A stretch of 64,000 nucleotides of DNA from positions 192,001 through 256,000 of the forward strand of contig CAWDOQ010000002.1 in assembly GCA_963804085.1 (NCBI GenBank), given 5' to 3'. Positions within the stretch are counted from its first letter, which is position 1; the number at the start of each line of letters is the position of its first letter. The position numbers and the translations under genes are program-made. Origin of the DNA: Chlamydiia bacterium (GTDB lineage Bacteria; Chlamydiota; Chlamydiia; Chlamydiales; Rhabdochlamydiaceae). The notes below the pieces were generated by a model that did not search any database, was not told the DNA's origin, and worked only from the letters and a program-made list of their open reading frames with translations. This document shows positions 46,772 to 56,136 of the stretch, piece after piece.

Positions 46772-47053
46772 ATGAAAAAGCATAAAAGCATTGGATCTGA
46801 CTTTGAGGAGTGGCTAGACGAAGAAGGCATTCTCGAAGAAGTCGAAATTGCTGCTACTAAAAAGGCATTTGTAATCCAACTTCAAGCTGAAATGAAGAAA
46901 AAAAAGATAGGCAAATCTCGTCTTGCAAAAATGATGAAAACTAGCAGAACTGCAATAGAAAGATTACTGGATCCATGTCAGCCTTCTAATTTGGCTACGT
47001 TGATAGAGGCCGCTCTGGCCATGGGCAAAAGATTGAAACTTTCAATAGTTTAA
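46772..47053 (+). CDS. Orphan XRE-family antitoxin/regulator
   Basis: HKSIGSDFEEWLDEEG, KSRLAKMMKTSRTAIERLLDP; upstream GTACC-N6-GGTAC palindrome. Confidence 0.85.
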   Translation: MKKHKSIGSDFEEWLDEEGILEEVEIAATKKAFVIQLQAEMKKKKIGKSRLAKMMKTSRTAIERLLDPCQPSNLATLIEAALAMGKRLKLSIV

Positions 47054-47104
47054 AAGATCTCATTTTTAAAGGAAGAGCATTAGCTGCTTCACTAAGAAAA
47101 ATTT

Positions 47105-47257
47105 ATGAGAAACCGCAAAAGCAAATATAGAGACGAACCGATCGGGAAGATTAAAATCGTGGATGATTTTTTGCCTAAACCCAAAGACTTGGTTTTGAAA
47201 GAAGAAACGCTAAAAGAGCTACCTTTCTTAAAGCGTTTTTTCAAATTCTTTGCCTAA
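47105..47257 (+). pseudogene. Truncated CopG/BrnA-like antitoxin
   Basis: KYRDEPIGKIKIVDDFLPKPKDLVLKEET, then loss of the RHH C-terminus. Confidence 0.55.
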
Positions 47258-47283
47258 GCTCTTCGCGGTGCAGGCACTCTCTC

Positions 47284-48255
47284 TTAAACCATCACAGAGG
47301 TACCTAAGAACGATCGATGTTGCATGTGATGGTGCGAATGACGTGAATCCTCTTGCGATGCCCTCGCAGCTTGGCCTTGAGCATTGACTACAAAAACCAC
47401 TGGTTGTTCTGTAGCTTGCCTTTGACGATTGGCAGCAGCGAATTCGCGGACATTCTGAGCAAGAGTTGCGTTTGATGCTTCGAATTGTGCTTGCGCATCT
47501 TTTTGTGCGCGCTGCGTCTCGCGCAACTCTCGACATGCTTCTTGCACCTCTTGGCGCGCTTTTGTTAAAGCCTCGCTTTCGCTTCTGAGCTGTTCGCGAA
47601 CAGTTGCCGCTTCTACTTTTAAGGCGATGAACTCTTTGTACTGGTCCCTTAACATGCCTTGGCTATTTTCGATGAATGATTGAAGATTCATAGAGGTGGC
47701 TTCAAGAACTCTATTATTGGCTGCAAAAGTGGAGTTGCTAGCATGCAGGGTTTCATTTTCCTGCATAAATCTTTGGACTTGCGCTTTTAACTGAAGAACT
47801 TCTGCTCCTAAATCTTCGACTCGCCCCTTTAATTTGCCATTCTCCGAAGAGAACTCCTCGACTCGTCCTTTTAACTTACTATTTTGTTCGGAAAATTCCT
47901 GGACATGTCCTTTTAATTTTCCATTCTCGGATGAAAACTCTTTGACTTGAGTTTCTAATTTCACTCTCTCTGCAGTTAATGCTTGTATTTCTTTTCTTAA
48001 ACTTTTGAGATCCCGGCTTCTATGGAGGAGACCTGCGGATCCAAACTCCAGTAAAGCAGTTAGAGGGTTTTGAGCAAACAATGAGACGGCTCCTTTAACA
48101 ATATTTGCGCCTGTTACCCCGTTGTACACGACCCCTTCACAGGTGTCCGCCAAGGAGACAGGGTCCGTTTCCTTCTTTTGCGCATCTTGCAAAAAATACA
48201 CCAGGCTATCCAAACGTTTAGAGTCGGCTTTCATGGCATCGAAAGATATAGACAT
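47284..48255 (-). CDS. Coiled-coil protein with 14-aa tandem repeats, candidate effector
   Basis: AGGAGG RBS; VKEFSSENGKLKGH/VQEFSEQNSKLKGR/VEEFSSENGKLKGR. Confidence 0.7.
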   Translation of the reverse strand: MSISFDAMKADSKRLDSLVYFLQDAQKKETDPVSLADTCEGVVYNGVTGANIVKGAVSLFAQNPLTALLEFGSAGLLHRSRDLKSLRKEIQALTAERVKLETQVKEFSSENGKLKGHVQEFSEQNSKLKGRVEEFSSENGKLKGRVEDLGAEVLQLKAQVQRFMQENETLHASNSTFAANNRVLEATSMNLQSFIENSQGMLRDQYKEFIALKVEAATVREQLRSESEALTKARQEVQEACRELRETQRAQKDAQAQFEASNATLAQNVREFAAANRQRQATEQPVVFVVNAQGQAARASQEDSRHSHHHMQHRSFLGTSVMV

Positions 48256-48347
48256 TGCACACCTCCTGTTAGTTTAAGTGAAAATTTTAGAACCAACAAA
48301 ATTTTTTGTAAATCGATATCTGTAAAGCGAACTTTGGATCCGCTTCT

Positions 48348-48680
48348 TCAGTGCAATTTTTGGCCGTTGGGGACTTCCTGATCTGGTCCTACCAAAACAA
48401 TGGCATTGGATTCATTGGACAACCCTAGAACCAGCACTTCTGACATAAAAGAGCCAATCTGCTTTGGTGGAAAGTTGACTACGGCTAAAACTTGTTTCCC
48501 GATTAAGTTCTCTTTTGTGTAGAGGTGCGTTATTTGCGCAGATGTCTTCTTCATCCCAAGTTGAGGTCCAAAATCAATAACCAGCTTGAGCGCAGGTTTT
48601 TTTGCAGCAGGAAACTCTTCCACATTTATTATCGTGCCAACACGAATATCCACTTTTAGAAAGTCTTCGTATGCAATCAT
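48348..48680 (-). CDS. csaA: tRNA-binding protein/chaperone CsaA
   Basis: DFLKVDIRVGTI, SAQIT, VVNFPPKQIG. Confidence 0.92.
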   Translation of the reverse strand: MIAYEDFLKVDIRVGTIINVEEFPAAKKPALKLVIDFGPQLGMKKTSAQITHLYTKENLIGKQVLAVVNFPPKQIGSFMSEVLVLGLSNESNAIVLVGPDQEVPNGQKLH

Positions 48681-48777
48681 TTACATCTCCAGGCTCTGCG
48701 GTTTATGCAAGAAAAAGTTCAATTGTATCTGAAAGCTTAGTATAAATGTACAAAGCTACAGTTTTTTGAGTTGCCCT

Positions 48778-49494
48778 ATGTCTGTGAAAATTACGATTCT
48801 CTACGACAATCGATGTGATGATCGCTCCTTGCAAGAGGGATGGGGATTTTCTGCTCTGATAGAGCACGATAGGTCCAAGATCCTTTTTGATACAGGTGGC
48901 GATCCCGCCTCTTTTTTCTCAAATGCAGAAAGAATGCAGCTTTCCTTAAGTGAAATCACACATCTTGTCTTTTCCCATAGACACTGGGACCATATTGCTG
49001 GTTTTAAGGAGATCGCAAAAAAGGTGGGCAAAGAGACCTCTCTTTATGTGCCTAAGACATTTCCCTGGCTTCTATTAAAAAGTGGCTCCGCTCACTTTGC
49101 AAAAGCAAAGATCGTGCGGTCGTTCGAAGAAATTGCTCCAAATGTCTATGCTTTGGTCCTTAGAGGCGGGTTTTGGCTTTATGAACTCTCTCTGGTCATT
49201 AGAACACCCAAGGGTCTCGGGATTATCACAGGATGCGCACATCCGGGAATCATTCATATTCTAAAAAAGGCACAAGAACATCTTCAATCTGATATCGACT
49301 TTGTATTAGGAGGTTTTCATCTCCTCTTCAGCCCAGCCAACACATGCCTAGATATTGTGAAACAACTTCAAGCGCTCAACGTCCAAAAAGTGGCCCCCTG
49401 TCATTGCTCCGGAGATCATCTCATCCGCATGCTGCAAGATGCCTACGGCTCTAATTTTTCCAAGGTCGGAACAGGCACAGTGCTCACTTTTTGA
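48778..49494 (+). CDS. MBL-fold metallo-hydrolase
   Basis: LFDTG, SHRHWDH, TGCAHPG, GGFHL, PCHCSG. Confidence 0.9.
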   Translation: MSVKITILYDNRCDDRSLQEGWGFSALIEHDRSKILFDTGGDPASFFSNAERMQLSLSEITHLVFSHRHWDHIAGFKEIAKKVGKETSLYVPKTFPWLLLKSGSAHFAKAKIVRSFEEIAPNVYALVLRGGFWLYELSLVIRTPKGLGIITGCAHPGIIHILKKAQEHLQSDIDFVLGGFHLLFSPANTCLDIVKQLQALNVQKVAPCHCSGDHLIRMLQDAYGSNFSKVGTGTVLTF

Positions 49495-49534
49495 TTATGA
49501 TTTCATTGCCTGTAATGCTATTATTGGTGGTTTA

Positions 49535-50464
49535 ATGAGAAGTGCATTTTTCATGTTTGTTCTTTGCGCTATCTGCTACCCATTTGTACAAGGACGATCA
49601 GAAATGGCTAACAGTGGAATCATAGAGAGCGAAAGATTTGCTCTTGGCTATTGCATAGAAGGAACAGGGCCGAATACGCTAGTTATTGGTAGTTCCATTT
49701 ACTATCCTCGGGTCTTTTCAGAAAATCTTCGCAAGCATCTACGTCTTATTTTCACCGACATGAGAGCTTTTGCTCCCCCGCATGATTCGGAAAGCCCTTT
49801 GACATTTGGATTAGATCTGCTTTTAGAAGATGTGGAAAATATACGACAAAAACTCAATCTTGGCCGCGTTATCATCGTGGGCCATTCCGGAAATGCATTT
49901 CTTGCGCTCGAATATGCAAAAAAATACCCAGAACATGTCTCTCATGTCGTTATGATTGCCACTGCGCCAGATTTCAGCCCTAAGAGTAAAGAAGCTGCTG
50001 ATCAATATTGGCAAGAGTCGGCATCAAAGAATAGAAAAGCCGCCTTTGAAAGAAGTTTGGAGCTGTGCCCTAATTCACAGTATGAGCAGATTCCTTTGAG
50101 TAAACGTTTCATTTGGAACTATATTCGCCACTCCGCCCAGATTTGGTATGATTTCAACTTTGATGCAACCCCGTTATGGAAAGGGGTGCATGTGAATATG
50201 CCTATCTTTGAATACGTTTGGGGCACTCTTTTTGCAGATATTGAGATCACCAAAGGCTTGGAAACTTTCGACAAGCCTGTATTTTTGGCTCTGGGACGCT
50301 ATGACTTCATCATAGCACCACCCGTTGCATGGGATCCCATGCGTTCAAATTTTAAGTCTTTAACCATCAAAGTATTTGAACGAAGCGGTCATACCCCGCA
50401 ATATGAAGAGCCTGCTCTTTTCGATGTAGAATTATTGAACTGGTTGAAGAAAACAACGTCATAA
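49535..50464 (+). CDS. Alpha/beta hydrolase (proline iminopeptidase-like)
   Basis: GHSGN, GRYD, SGHTPQYEEP; N-terminal signal-like segment. Confidence 0.85.
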   Translation: MRSAFFMFVLCAICYPFVQGRSEMANSGIIESERFALGYCIEGTGPNTLVIGSSIYYPRVFSENLRKHLRLIFTDMRAFAPPHDSESPLTFGLDLLLEDVENIRQKLNLGRVIIVGHSGNAFLALEYAKKYPEHVSHVVMIATAPDFSPKSKEAADQYWQESASKNRKAAFERSLELCPNSQYEQIPLSKRFIWNYIRHSAQIWYDFNFDATPLWKGVHVNMPIFEYVWGTLFADIEITKGLETFDKPVFLALGRYDFIIAPPVAWDPMRSNFKSLTIKVFERSGHTPQYEEPALFDVELLNWLKKTTS

Positions 50465-50531
50465 GGGCTAACTTGTTGGGTTGTTCAAAAGACGACTTTT
50501 GATTAAAATCATCTTTTTTCTCAGGAGATTT

Positions 50532-51056
50532 ATGAAGCTGATCATTTTAGAAAAGCCTGAAATCCGACTCGTTGGTATTTGTGTGCGCACAAATAACAAG
50601 TATGAGGTTAACAAAATGGACGGGAAGATTTTTCCGCTGGTGAAAAAATATCATCATGAAGCGCTTGCCGAGAAAATCTTGCACAGAAAAAATCCTGGGA
50701 CAACGCTGTGCGCATATACCGATTACGAAAGCGATGAACATGGAGACTACACCTACTTTATCGGCGAAGAGGTGGCCTTTTTCGATGAAAAGCTGCCTAA
50801 AGATTTTCAAACTCTCATCATCCCAAGACAAACCTATGCAAGGTTTACAACAGATCCTGCGCCCATGCCAAATGTCTTGCTTAATGTCTGGAACATAGTT
50901 TGGAAAAGCTCTACGCAAGATTTAGGAGGCAAGCGCACCTATGTGGCCGATTTCGAGCTCTATGACGAGAGAGCAGCAGATCACCAAAACATCGTTTTGG
51001 ATCTTTATATCGCCATCCAACCAAATGCGTCTTTAAAACATGCCGCTATGAAGTAA
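50532..51056 (+). CDS. GyrI-like small-molecule-binding protein
   Basis: LVGICVRTNN, YTDYESD..GDYTYFIG, ADFELYD; AGGAG RBS. Confidence 0.85.
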   Translation: MKLIILEKPEIRLVGICVRTNNKYEVNKMDGKIFPLVKKYHHEALAEKILHRKNPGTTLCAYTDYESDEHGDYTYFIGEEVAFFDEKLPKDFQTLIIPRQTYARFTTDPAPMPNVLLNVWNIVWKSSTQDLGGKRTYVADFELYDERAADHQNIVLDLYIAIQPNASLKHAAMK

Positions 51057-51063
51057 CAGTAAA

Positions 51064-51585
51064 TGAAACATTTCTTAGTAGCCCTAGCGATTATCCTACT
51101 CAATTGTGCCGCCCCAAGAAGAGCGCTCTGACTTGCCTATCGCATGTTACCGAAGTATCATCGATCCTGATCCTAACGTACATATGGCCATGGCCCGAGC
51201 GATCATGGAGTATCAACTCACAACTTCGATTCCTCCCCTAAGTCCTTCTTCCATAAAAGCGATATTGCAAAACGATCGCTTCAATCTGAGCTTCATCCGT
51301 GCTTTTTTGCATTACGCATACAATCTTTGCTTTTTACAACCCGATCAGCTGCTCTCTCAAATAGAGAATATCTCTCATCTTCCCGCGATCCTAGTCCATG
51401 GATCTTGCGATACTGTTTGTTTTCCCGAGCAAGCGCATTTACTCCATCAAAAGTGGAGCAACAGCCAACTCTGGATAATCGAGGGAGCCGGTCACTCCTC
51501 TGAAGAACCAGCAATCGGATCTGCATTAGTTCAAGCCACAGACGCCTTCTTAAAAAGTTTAAAAAATGAAGATTATGAGCAGTAA
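51064..51585 (+). pseudogene. Prolyl aminopeptidase remnant (signal peptide joined out of frame to the C-terminal third)
   Basis: MKHFLVALAIILLNCA, then HLPAILVHGSCDTVC...GAGHSSEEP; nucleophile region missing. Confidence 0.65.
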
Positions 51586-52090
51586 GTCAAATAGCTCCAA
51601 AACAGATTTGCGCTTCTTGCATGCTAAATCATCCCAAAGAGAGATGATCCACAGCTGGTTTATGCAAGATCACATCAAAGCCTGGCTTCACGGAGTGGGG
51701 CTTCAGAATACTTTAAATGGCCTGGATAAGTTTTTTAAAGGTGCTGGCAGCACTACCTACTGGATCGCTTACGACAAAGAGACGCCTTTTGCTTTTCTGA
51801 TCACTTCTCCCGAAGGAGAAGATGCCATCACTTTAGACCTGTTTATCTGTGATTTAACCTATTTGGGAAAAGGACTTGCAGTGCCGATGATTCGAGAATT
51901 TTTAGTCAGTCAATTTCCCAATACAAAGCGGGTTTTAATAGATCCAGAAGCCACAAATACACGTGCCATCCACGTCTACCAAAAAATCGGATTCAAAATC
52001 ATTGGAGAGTTCATCGCCAGCTGGCACCCCGTGCCCCATTACCAAATGGAGCTGTTCATGCGAGATATGCTTGCAAAAATGAAATTTTGA
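51566..52090 (+). CDS. GNAT acetyltransferase, AAC(6')-like
   Basis: YLGKGLA, IDPEATNTRAIHVYQKIGF. Confidence 0.85.
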   Translation: MKIMSSKSNSSKTDLRFLHAKSSQREMIHSWFMQDHIKAWLHGVGLQNTLNGLDKFFKGAGSTTYWIAYDKETPFAFLITSPEGEDAITLDLFICDLTYLGKGLAVPMIREFLVSQFPNTKRVLIDPEATNTRAIHVYQKIGFKIIGEFIASWHPVPHYQMELFMRDMLAKMKF

Positions 52091-52146
52091 AAATCATTGA
52101 AAAAGCGATTATAGCCTGGTACCATTTCTAGTTAAAAAGGAAGTTT

Positions 52147-53166
52147 ATGAAACATTATCTAGTCGATGGAAGTGGGATTGACAAAATCCAGTTATCTGAA
52201 AAACCGTCAGCTGCAAGTCTTAATGATTGTGAAGTCTTGGTTGACGCACAAGCGTGGTCGTTGAACTACCGAGATTTGATGGTTGCAAAAGGTCAACATC
52301 AATACAAAAATCAGAATACTCCTCCATTTATTCCATGTTCTGATATGTCGGGCATCATAAAAGCTGTAGGCAAAAATGTTACTGAGCTAAAGCCCGGAGA
52401 TAGAGTCTTAAATGCTCCATTTCGACACTATCCTGCGGGAAATATGCGCGCTAGCTGGGCACGTACTTTTATTGGTGGTATGGGTGTAGATGGTGTCTTA
52501 GCCGAACAAGTAATATATCCTGCTGACTCACTTGTAAAGATACCTGAACATCTTGACTTCAAGGAGGCGGCCACATTTACAATTGCCGGCCTTACCGCTT
52601 GGTCAGCAATTGTAACCCATGGAAGGACTCTTCCAGGAGAATGGGTTCTTTTGCAAGGAACAGGCGGTGTTTCCATTTTCGCCGCGCAGTTAGCTAAGGC
52701 AATTGGAGCAAGAACAATTATGACCACATCTTCAAAAGAAAAGGCAGGCTTTGTAAAGAAGAAGTTTGGAGTGACAGCAACTGTTAACTATAATGACATC
52801 AATTGGACAGACCAAGTGAAGGAAATCACACAAGGCATAGGTGTTGATGTGATTGTTGATGTTGCGGGAGGCGATGTATTAGCTCAATCTTTGCGAATTT
52901 GCAATTATGGGGCGCGTGTGGGAGTAATTGGGATTCTCTCGGGGCAGAACAGCAACATCCACATTCGCGATCTTCTTTCGCATCAAGTGCAGATTCGCGG
53001 AATCTTCATGGAATCTACAGAGGAATTACGTGCGCTTATGCGCGCAGTAGATGTGCTAAAGCTCAAGCCTGCTATTGATAAGACATTTCCATTCATGCAA
53101 GTCAAAGAGGCTTACCATCATCTGGAGTCTCAGAAGCACATAGGAAAAGTCGTAATCAGCCTATGA
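52147..53166 (+). CDS. NAD(P)-dependent MDR-family oxidoreductase
   Basis: SLNYRDL, PCSDMSG, QGTGGVS, HIGKVVI. Confidence 0.9.
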   Translation: MKHYLVDGSGIDKIQLSEKPSAASLNDCEVLVDAQAWSLNYRDLMVAKGQHQYKNQNTPPFIPCSDMSGIIKAVGKNVTELKPGDRVLNAPFRHYPAGNMRASWARTFIGGMGVDGVLAEQVIYPADSLVKIPEHLDFKEAATFTIAGLTAWSAIVTHGRTLPGEWVLLQGTGGVSIFAAQLAKAIGARTIMTTSSKEKAGFVKKKFGVTATVNYNDINWTDQVKEITQGIGVDVIVDVAGGDVLAQSLRICNYGARVGVIGILSGQNSNIHIRDLLSHQVQIRGIFMESTEELRALMRAVDVLKLKPAIDKTFPFMQVKEAYHHLESQKHIGKVVISL

Positions 53167-54209
53167 AATGGCTATCGATCGTTTTTTTGTGTATCGTGAT
53201 GTGTTATCAACTTTTGGGGCAGGAGACCTCTATGCCTAAGATTATTTATCTAAACGGTCCTTCAAGCTCAGGCAAAACTACTATAGCAAAGACTCTTCAA
53301 GAATCATTTTCCGAACCATATCTTCATTTGGGAATTGATAAAATCATTGGATTTATGCCTTGGAAAATCAATAATTGGGAAGGAGGAGTTGCTCCTCTTG
53401 GTTTTTCTTGGGAACCTGCAAAAGACCCGACAGGACATCCGATTTATCAAATTAAAGCAGGACCCTACGCTAAGAAGATTACCCGTACTCTGAAGGACAT
53501 AGCTCACCTGTTAGCCGCGCACGGCTATAATTTGATTATCGATGATGTTGCATTTGGAGCGATTGAAGTAGAAGAGTGGAAGAGTGCACTTAAAAATTAT
53601 GATGTTCTCTATGTAGGCATTACTACTCCTTTAGAAGTTCTGGAGCAGCGAGAACAGTCTCGAGGCGATAGATTTTTGGGAAGCGCTAGAGGCCAATATT
53701 TTAAAGTGCATGAGAATGTCGCCTATGATCTTGAAATAGACACTTACTCGCACACAATTGAAGCAAATGTCGCAAAAATCCAAGCTGCTTTATCGAAGAA
53801 ATTTTCCACTGGAGGTTCTATGGTCAGTGGTGAGATGGAAAAAAGAAAAATTGTTGAGAGCTACCTCAGCTTATACAACACATTTCAAATTCCGCAAATG
53901 GTTGATCTTTTTGCTGATGATTGCATCTTTCAAAATGTGACAAACGGTTCTGTTGCTGTTGAGACTCATGGCAAAGAAGAGCTAATGCGCCTTGCAAAGC
54001 AAGGCGCATCAGTTTTTAAAGAGAGAAAGCAGAGCGCGACAAATTGGATTATCGAAAAAAATAAAGTAACTGTTGAGATCGACTACGAAGCTACGTTGGC
54101 CCAGGATTTACCAAACGGAGCAAAAAAGGGCACTCATCTCAAACTTAAAGGTGTTTCCATCTTTGAATTTCAATCGGGGAAAATCAAACGACTCGTGGAT
54201 ATTTCTTAA
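53163..54209 (+). CDS. Chloramphenicol-phosphotransferase-like kinase fused to a SnoaL/NTF2 domain
   Basis: LNGPSSSGKTT, REQSRGDR, YDLEIDT; C-terminal LFADDCIF...GVSIFEFQSGKIKRLVD. Confidence 0.8.
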   Translation: MKWLSIVFLCIVMCYQLLGQETSMPKIIYLNGPSSSGKTTIAKTLQESFSEPYLHLGIDKIIGFMPWKINNWEGGVAPLGFSWEPAKDPTGHPIYQIKAGPYAKKITRTLKDIAHLLAAHGYNLIIDDVAFGAIEVEEWKSALKNYDVLYVGITTPLEVLEQREQSRGDRFLGSARGQYFKVHENVAYDLEIDTYSHTIEANVAKIQAALSKKFSTGGSMVSGEMEKRKIVESYLSLYNTFQIPQMVDLFADDCIFQNVTNGSVAVETHGKEELMRLAKQGASVFKERKQSATNWIIEKNKVTVEIDYEATLAQDLPNGAKKGTHLKLKGVSIFEFQSGKIKRLVDIS

Positions 54210-54212
54210 TCT

Positions 54213-54929
54213 TCACCAGATTAAAAAGACGTGCAGCATGAGGTCTGCGACAAAATGCGCAAGGACTGCTGCAAAAAATCCATTCGACCAATATAGCCAT
54301 CCAAATACAAGTCCTGCAATGCCGTTGAGGAGTAAGATGCGGAATATTTCGAATCCTGATGGCGTGGTTATCTTAAAAGCAGCAGGTAGATGACCTAAGC
54401 CAAACAGAACCGCCACGAGAATATTAGCGCTCCAAAGCAGATAGGTGCGCTTTCGAGCGGGCGACTTGAAAAGTTTCATTAAAAGAAAATAGATGAGTGA
54501 GAACAAAAACAGTCGCAAGAGAACTTCTTCGTTAATCCCGCCATAGATGGAAGCAAGAGCACCTACCCAGGAAGGAGGATGCGCTCCAGAAAATGCGGAA
54601 CTGGAGAAAAGAGTTTTGTCTAAAACAAAGAGCGTTAATCCAACTAAAATCCCAGACGCTATGCCTGGAAGGAAAATGCGTTTTAGAGGACTTGTTATAG
54701 CGAAAGGTTGTAGATCAGTTTTTGGTAAAATTCGATAGGCAAGCCATAAAATGACTCCATATAAAACAGAAGCCTGAACCGTGCCTAAGAGAAATAATTT
54801 TCCCGTGGAAACTGTCAATGGAGCGATGTGTGCAAATAAAGTATAGGGAATGATAGTCCAGGAGCCGATAATACACGCCAGCCAGATGAGAATGAAAAGC
54901 CGTTTTCTTGACATGTGCATTTGCACCAC
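54213..54929 (-). CDS. CPBP (CAAX/Abi) intramembrane metalloprotease
   Basis: EEVLLR, FGLGHL, AHFVAD. Confidence 0.88.
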   Translation of the reverse strand: MVQMHMSRKRLFILIWLACIIGSWTIIPYTLFAHIAPLTVSTGKLFLLGTVQASVLYGVILWLAYRILPKTDLQPFAITSPLKRIFLPGIASGILVGLTLFVLDKTLFSSSAFSGAHPPSWVGALASIYGGINEEVLLRLFLFSLIYFLLMKLFKSPARKRTYLLWSANILVAVLFGLGHLPAAFKITTPSGFEIFRILLLNGIAGLVFGWLYWSNGFFAAVLAHFVADLMLHVFLIW

Positions 54930-55009
54930 TTTTACTCTTTTTCGCAGGGATTTTCAATCACTATTTTGTCAAAAGTCCATAATCGAAGCATTTAATGAAG
55001 CTAAGCCCT

Positions 55010-55222
55010 TCACTGGACGAATAGGTAAACTCTGCACCACCCAACTCCAGCAGGCATAAACGCATCCGCAGAACCTTGTGCGAGCAACCCTCCATCCCCT
55101 TCAAAAATGATCGAGCTAAAGATCGGAAAGATCAATCCGAGATTGAAAAAATCCAAAAAGATCACCAGAAGAATCGCAAAGAGAATGAATCGTTTATCGT
55201 TCTGAGAAAATGATGGCTTCAT
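55010..55222 (-). pseudogene. MFS transporter N-terminal fragment
   Basis: LLVIFLDFFNLGLIFPIF first helix only. Confidence 0.6.
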
Positions 55223-56082
55223 CTTGTGCTTGTCGTCTGCTGAGCGGGTGAGAGGAAGGCGTTAAAGCGCCACCGCGTTTGATATCCCAATTTGCTGCAG
55301 ATTCCAAAGGCGAGTCCTTCAGACATAAGATAGGAACTACCCATGCGGCACCCTTTGGAAATGGCATGTTGAAGAGCCATATGTCGCAATGCAGTACTCA
55401 ATCCGGTTTTACGTAGCTCCGCAATAGTCGCTCCGTTCCAAAAGCTTACATGATTACCATCAATAAGAGTGGTTACAGCTGAGACGACCTTTCCTTCTTT
55501 TTTTGCTATCCAGTGAAATGCTTTAAATTGCTCCTGATGCATCGCATTCCAAAGAGCTTTTTTGTACATCTGTTTGCAGCTATCAGGAATTGCAAAAATG
55601 GTGCAAACGAGGTCATTAAATTCTTCCATCGCTATCTCATCTGTCACAAGCTCTAATGTGTATTCGCTAGAGAGCGGTGCAGACAAAATTGGTTTGTCAA
55701 GGTTGCCTGCGACTCCTCGGAATATTCCGATATCTTGGAAGCCAGAAGAGAGAAGCAGATCTTTAAATTCTTGGCTGCTGTTCTCATCGACATACCAGAC
55801 AAAAGGAATTTGGAATTGGTTAAAATAGTGAAGCTGGTTTTCGATGCACTTTTTCCATTCTTGTTTGTTGACGGGAGATCCAAAAACAGCATTCTGAAAG
55901 GGATAAGGAATTCCTGTCAGGCAGCGCTGAATGCCATCACATGTCTCAAACTCCGCTTCTGGAACAAATTTGTTTTCAGCCAAAACGCGGTAAAATCCCT
56001 GGAAGTGGTCTCGCAGAATCTCTTGGGTTTTTTGCTCAGAAATATCGTACACATATTCAGTTGAAGGCTGCGGCGGCAACAT
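55219..56082 (-). CDS. GNAT-family acetyltransferase
   Basis: GATIAELRKTGLSTAL motif, KLGY; AGGAGG RBS. Confidence 0.8.
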   Translation of the reverse strand: MLPPQPSTEYVYDISEQKTQEILRDHFQGFYRVLAENKFVPEAEFETCDGIQRCLTGIPYPFQNAVFGSPVNKQEWKKCIENQLHYFNQFQIPFVWYVDENSSQEFKDLLLSSGFQDIGIFRGVAGNLDKPILSAPLSSEYTLELVTDEIAMEEFNDLVCTIFAIPDSCKQMYKKALWNAMHQEQFKAFHWIAKKEGKVVSAVTTLIDGNHVSFWNGATIAELRKTGLSTALRHMALQHAISKGCRMGSSYLMSEGLAFGICSKLGYQTRWRFNAFLSPAQQTTSTR

Positions 56083-56136
56083 AATTCCTCCTTAGTAAAA
56101 ATAGGAATTATATTTCAAAGCGCAATAAAAGCACAC

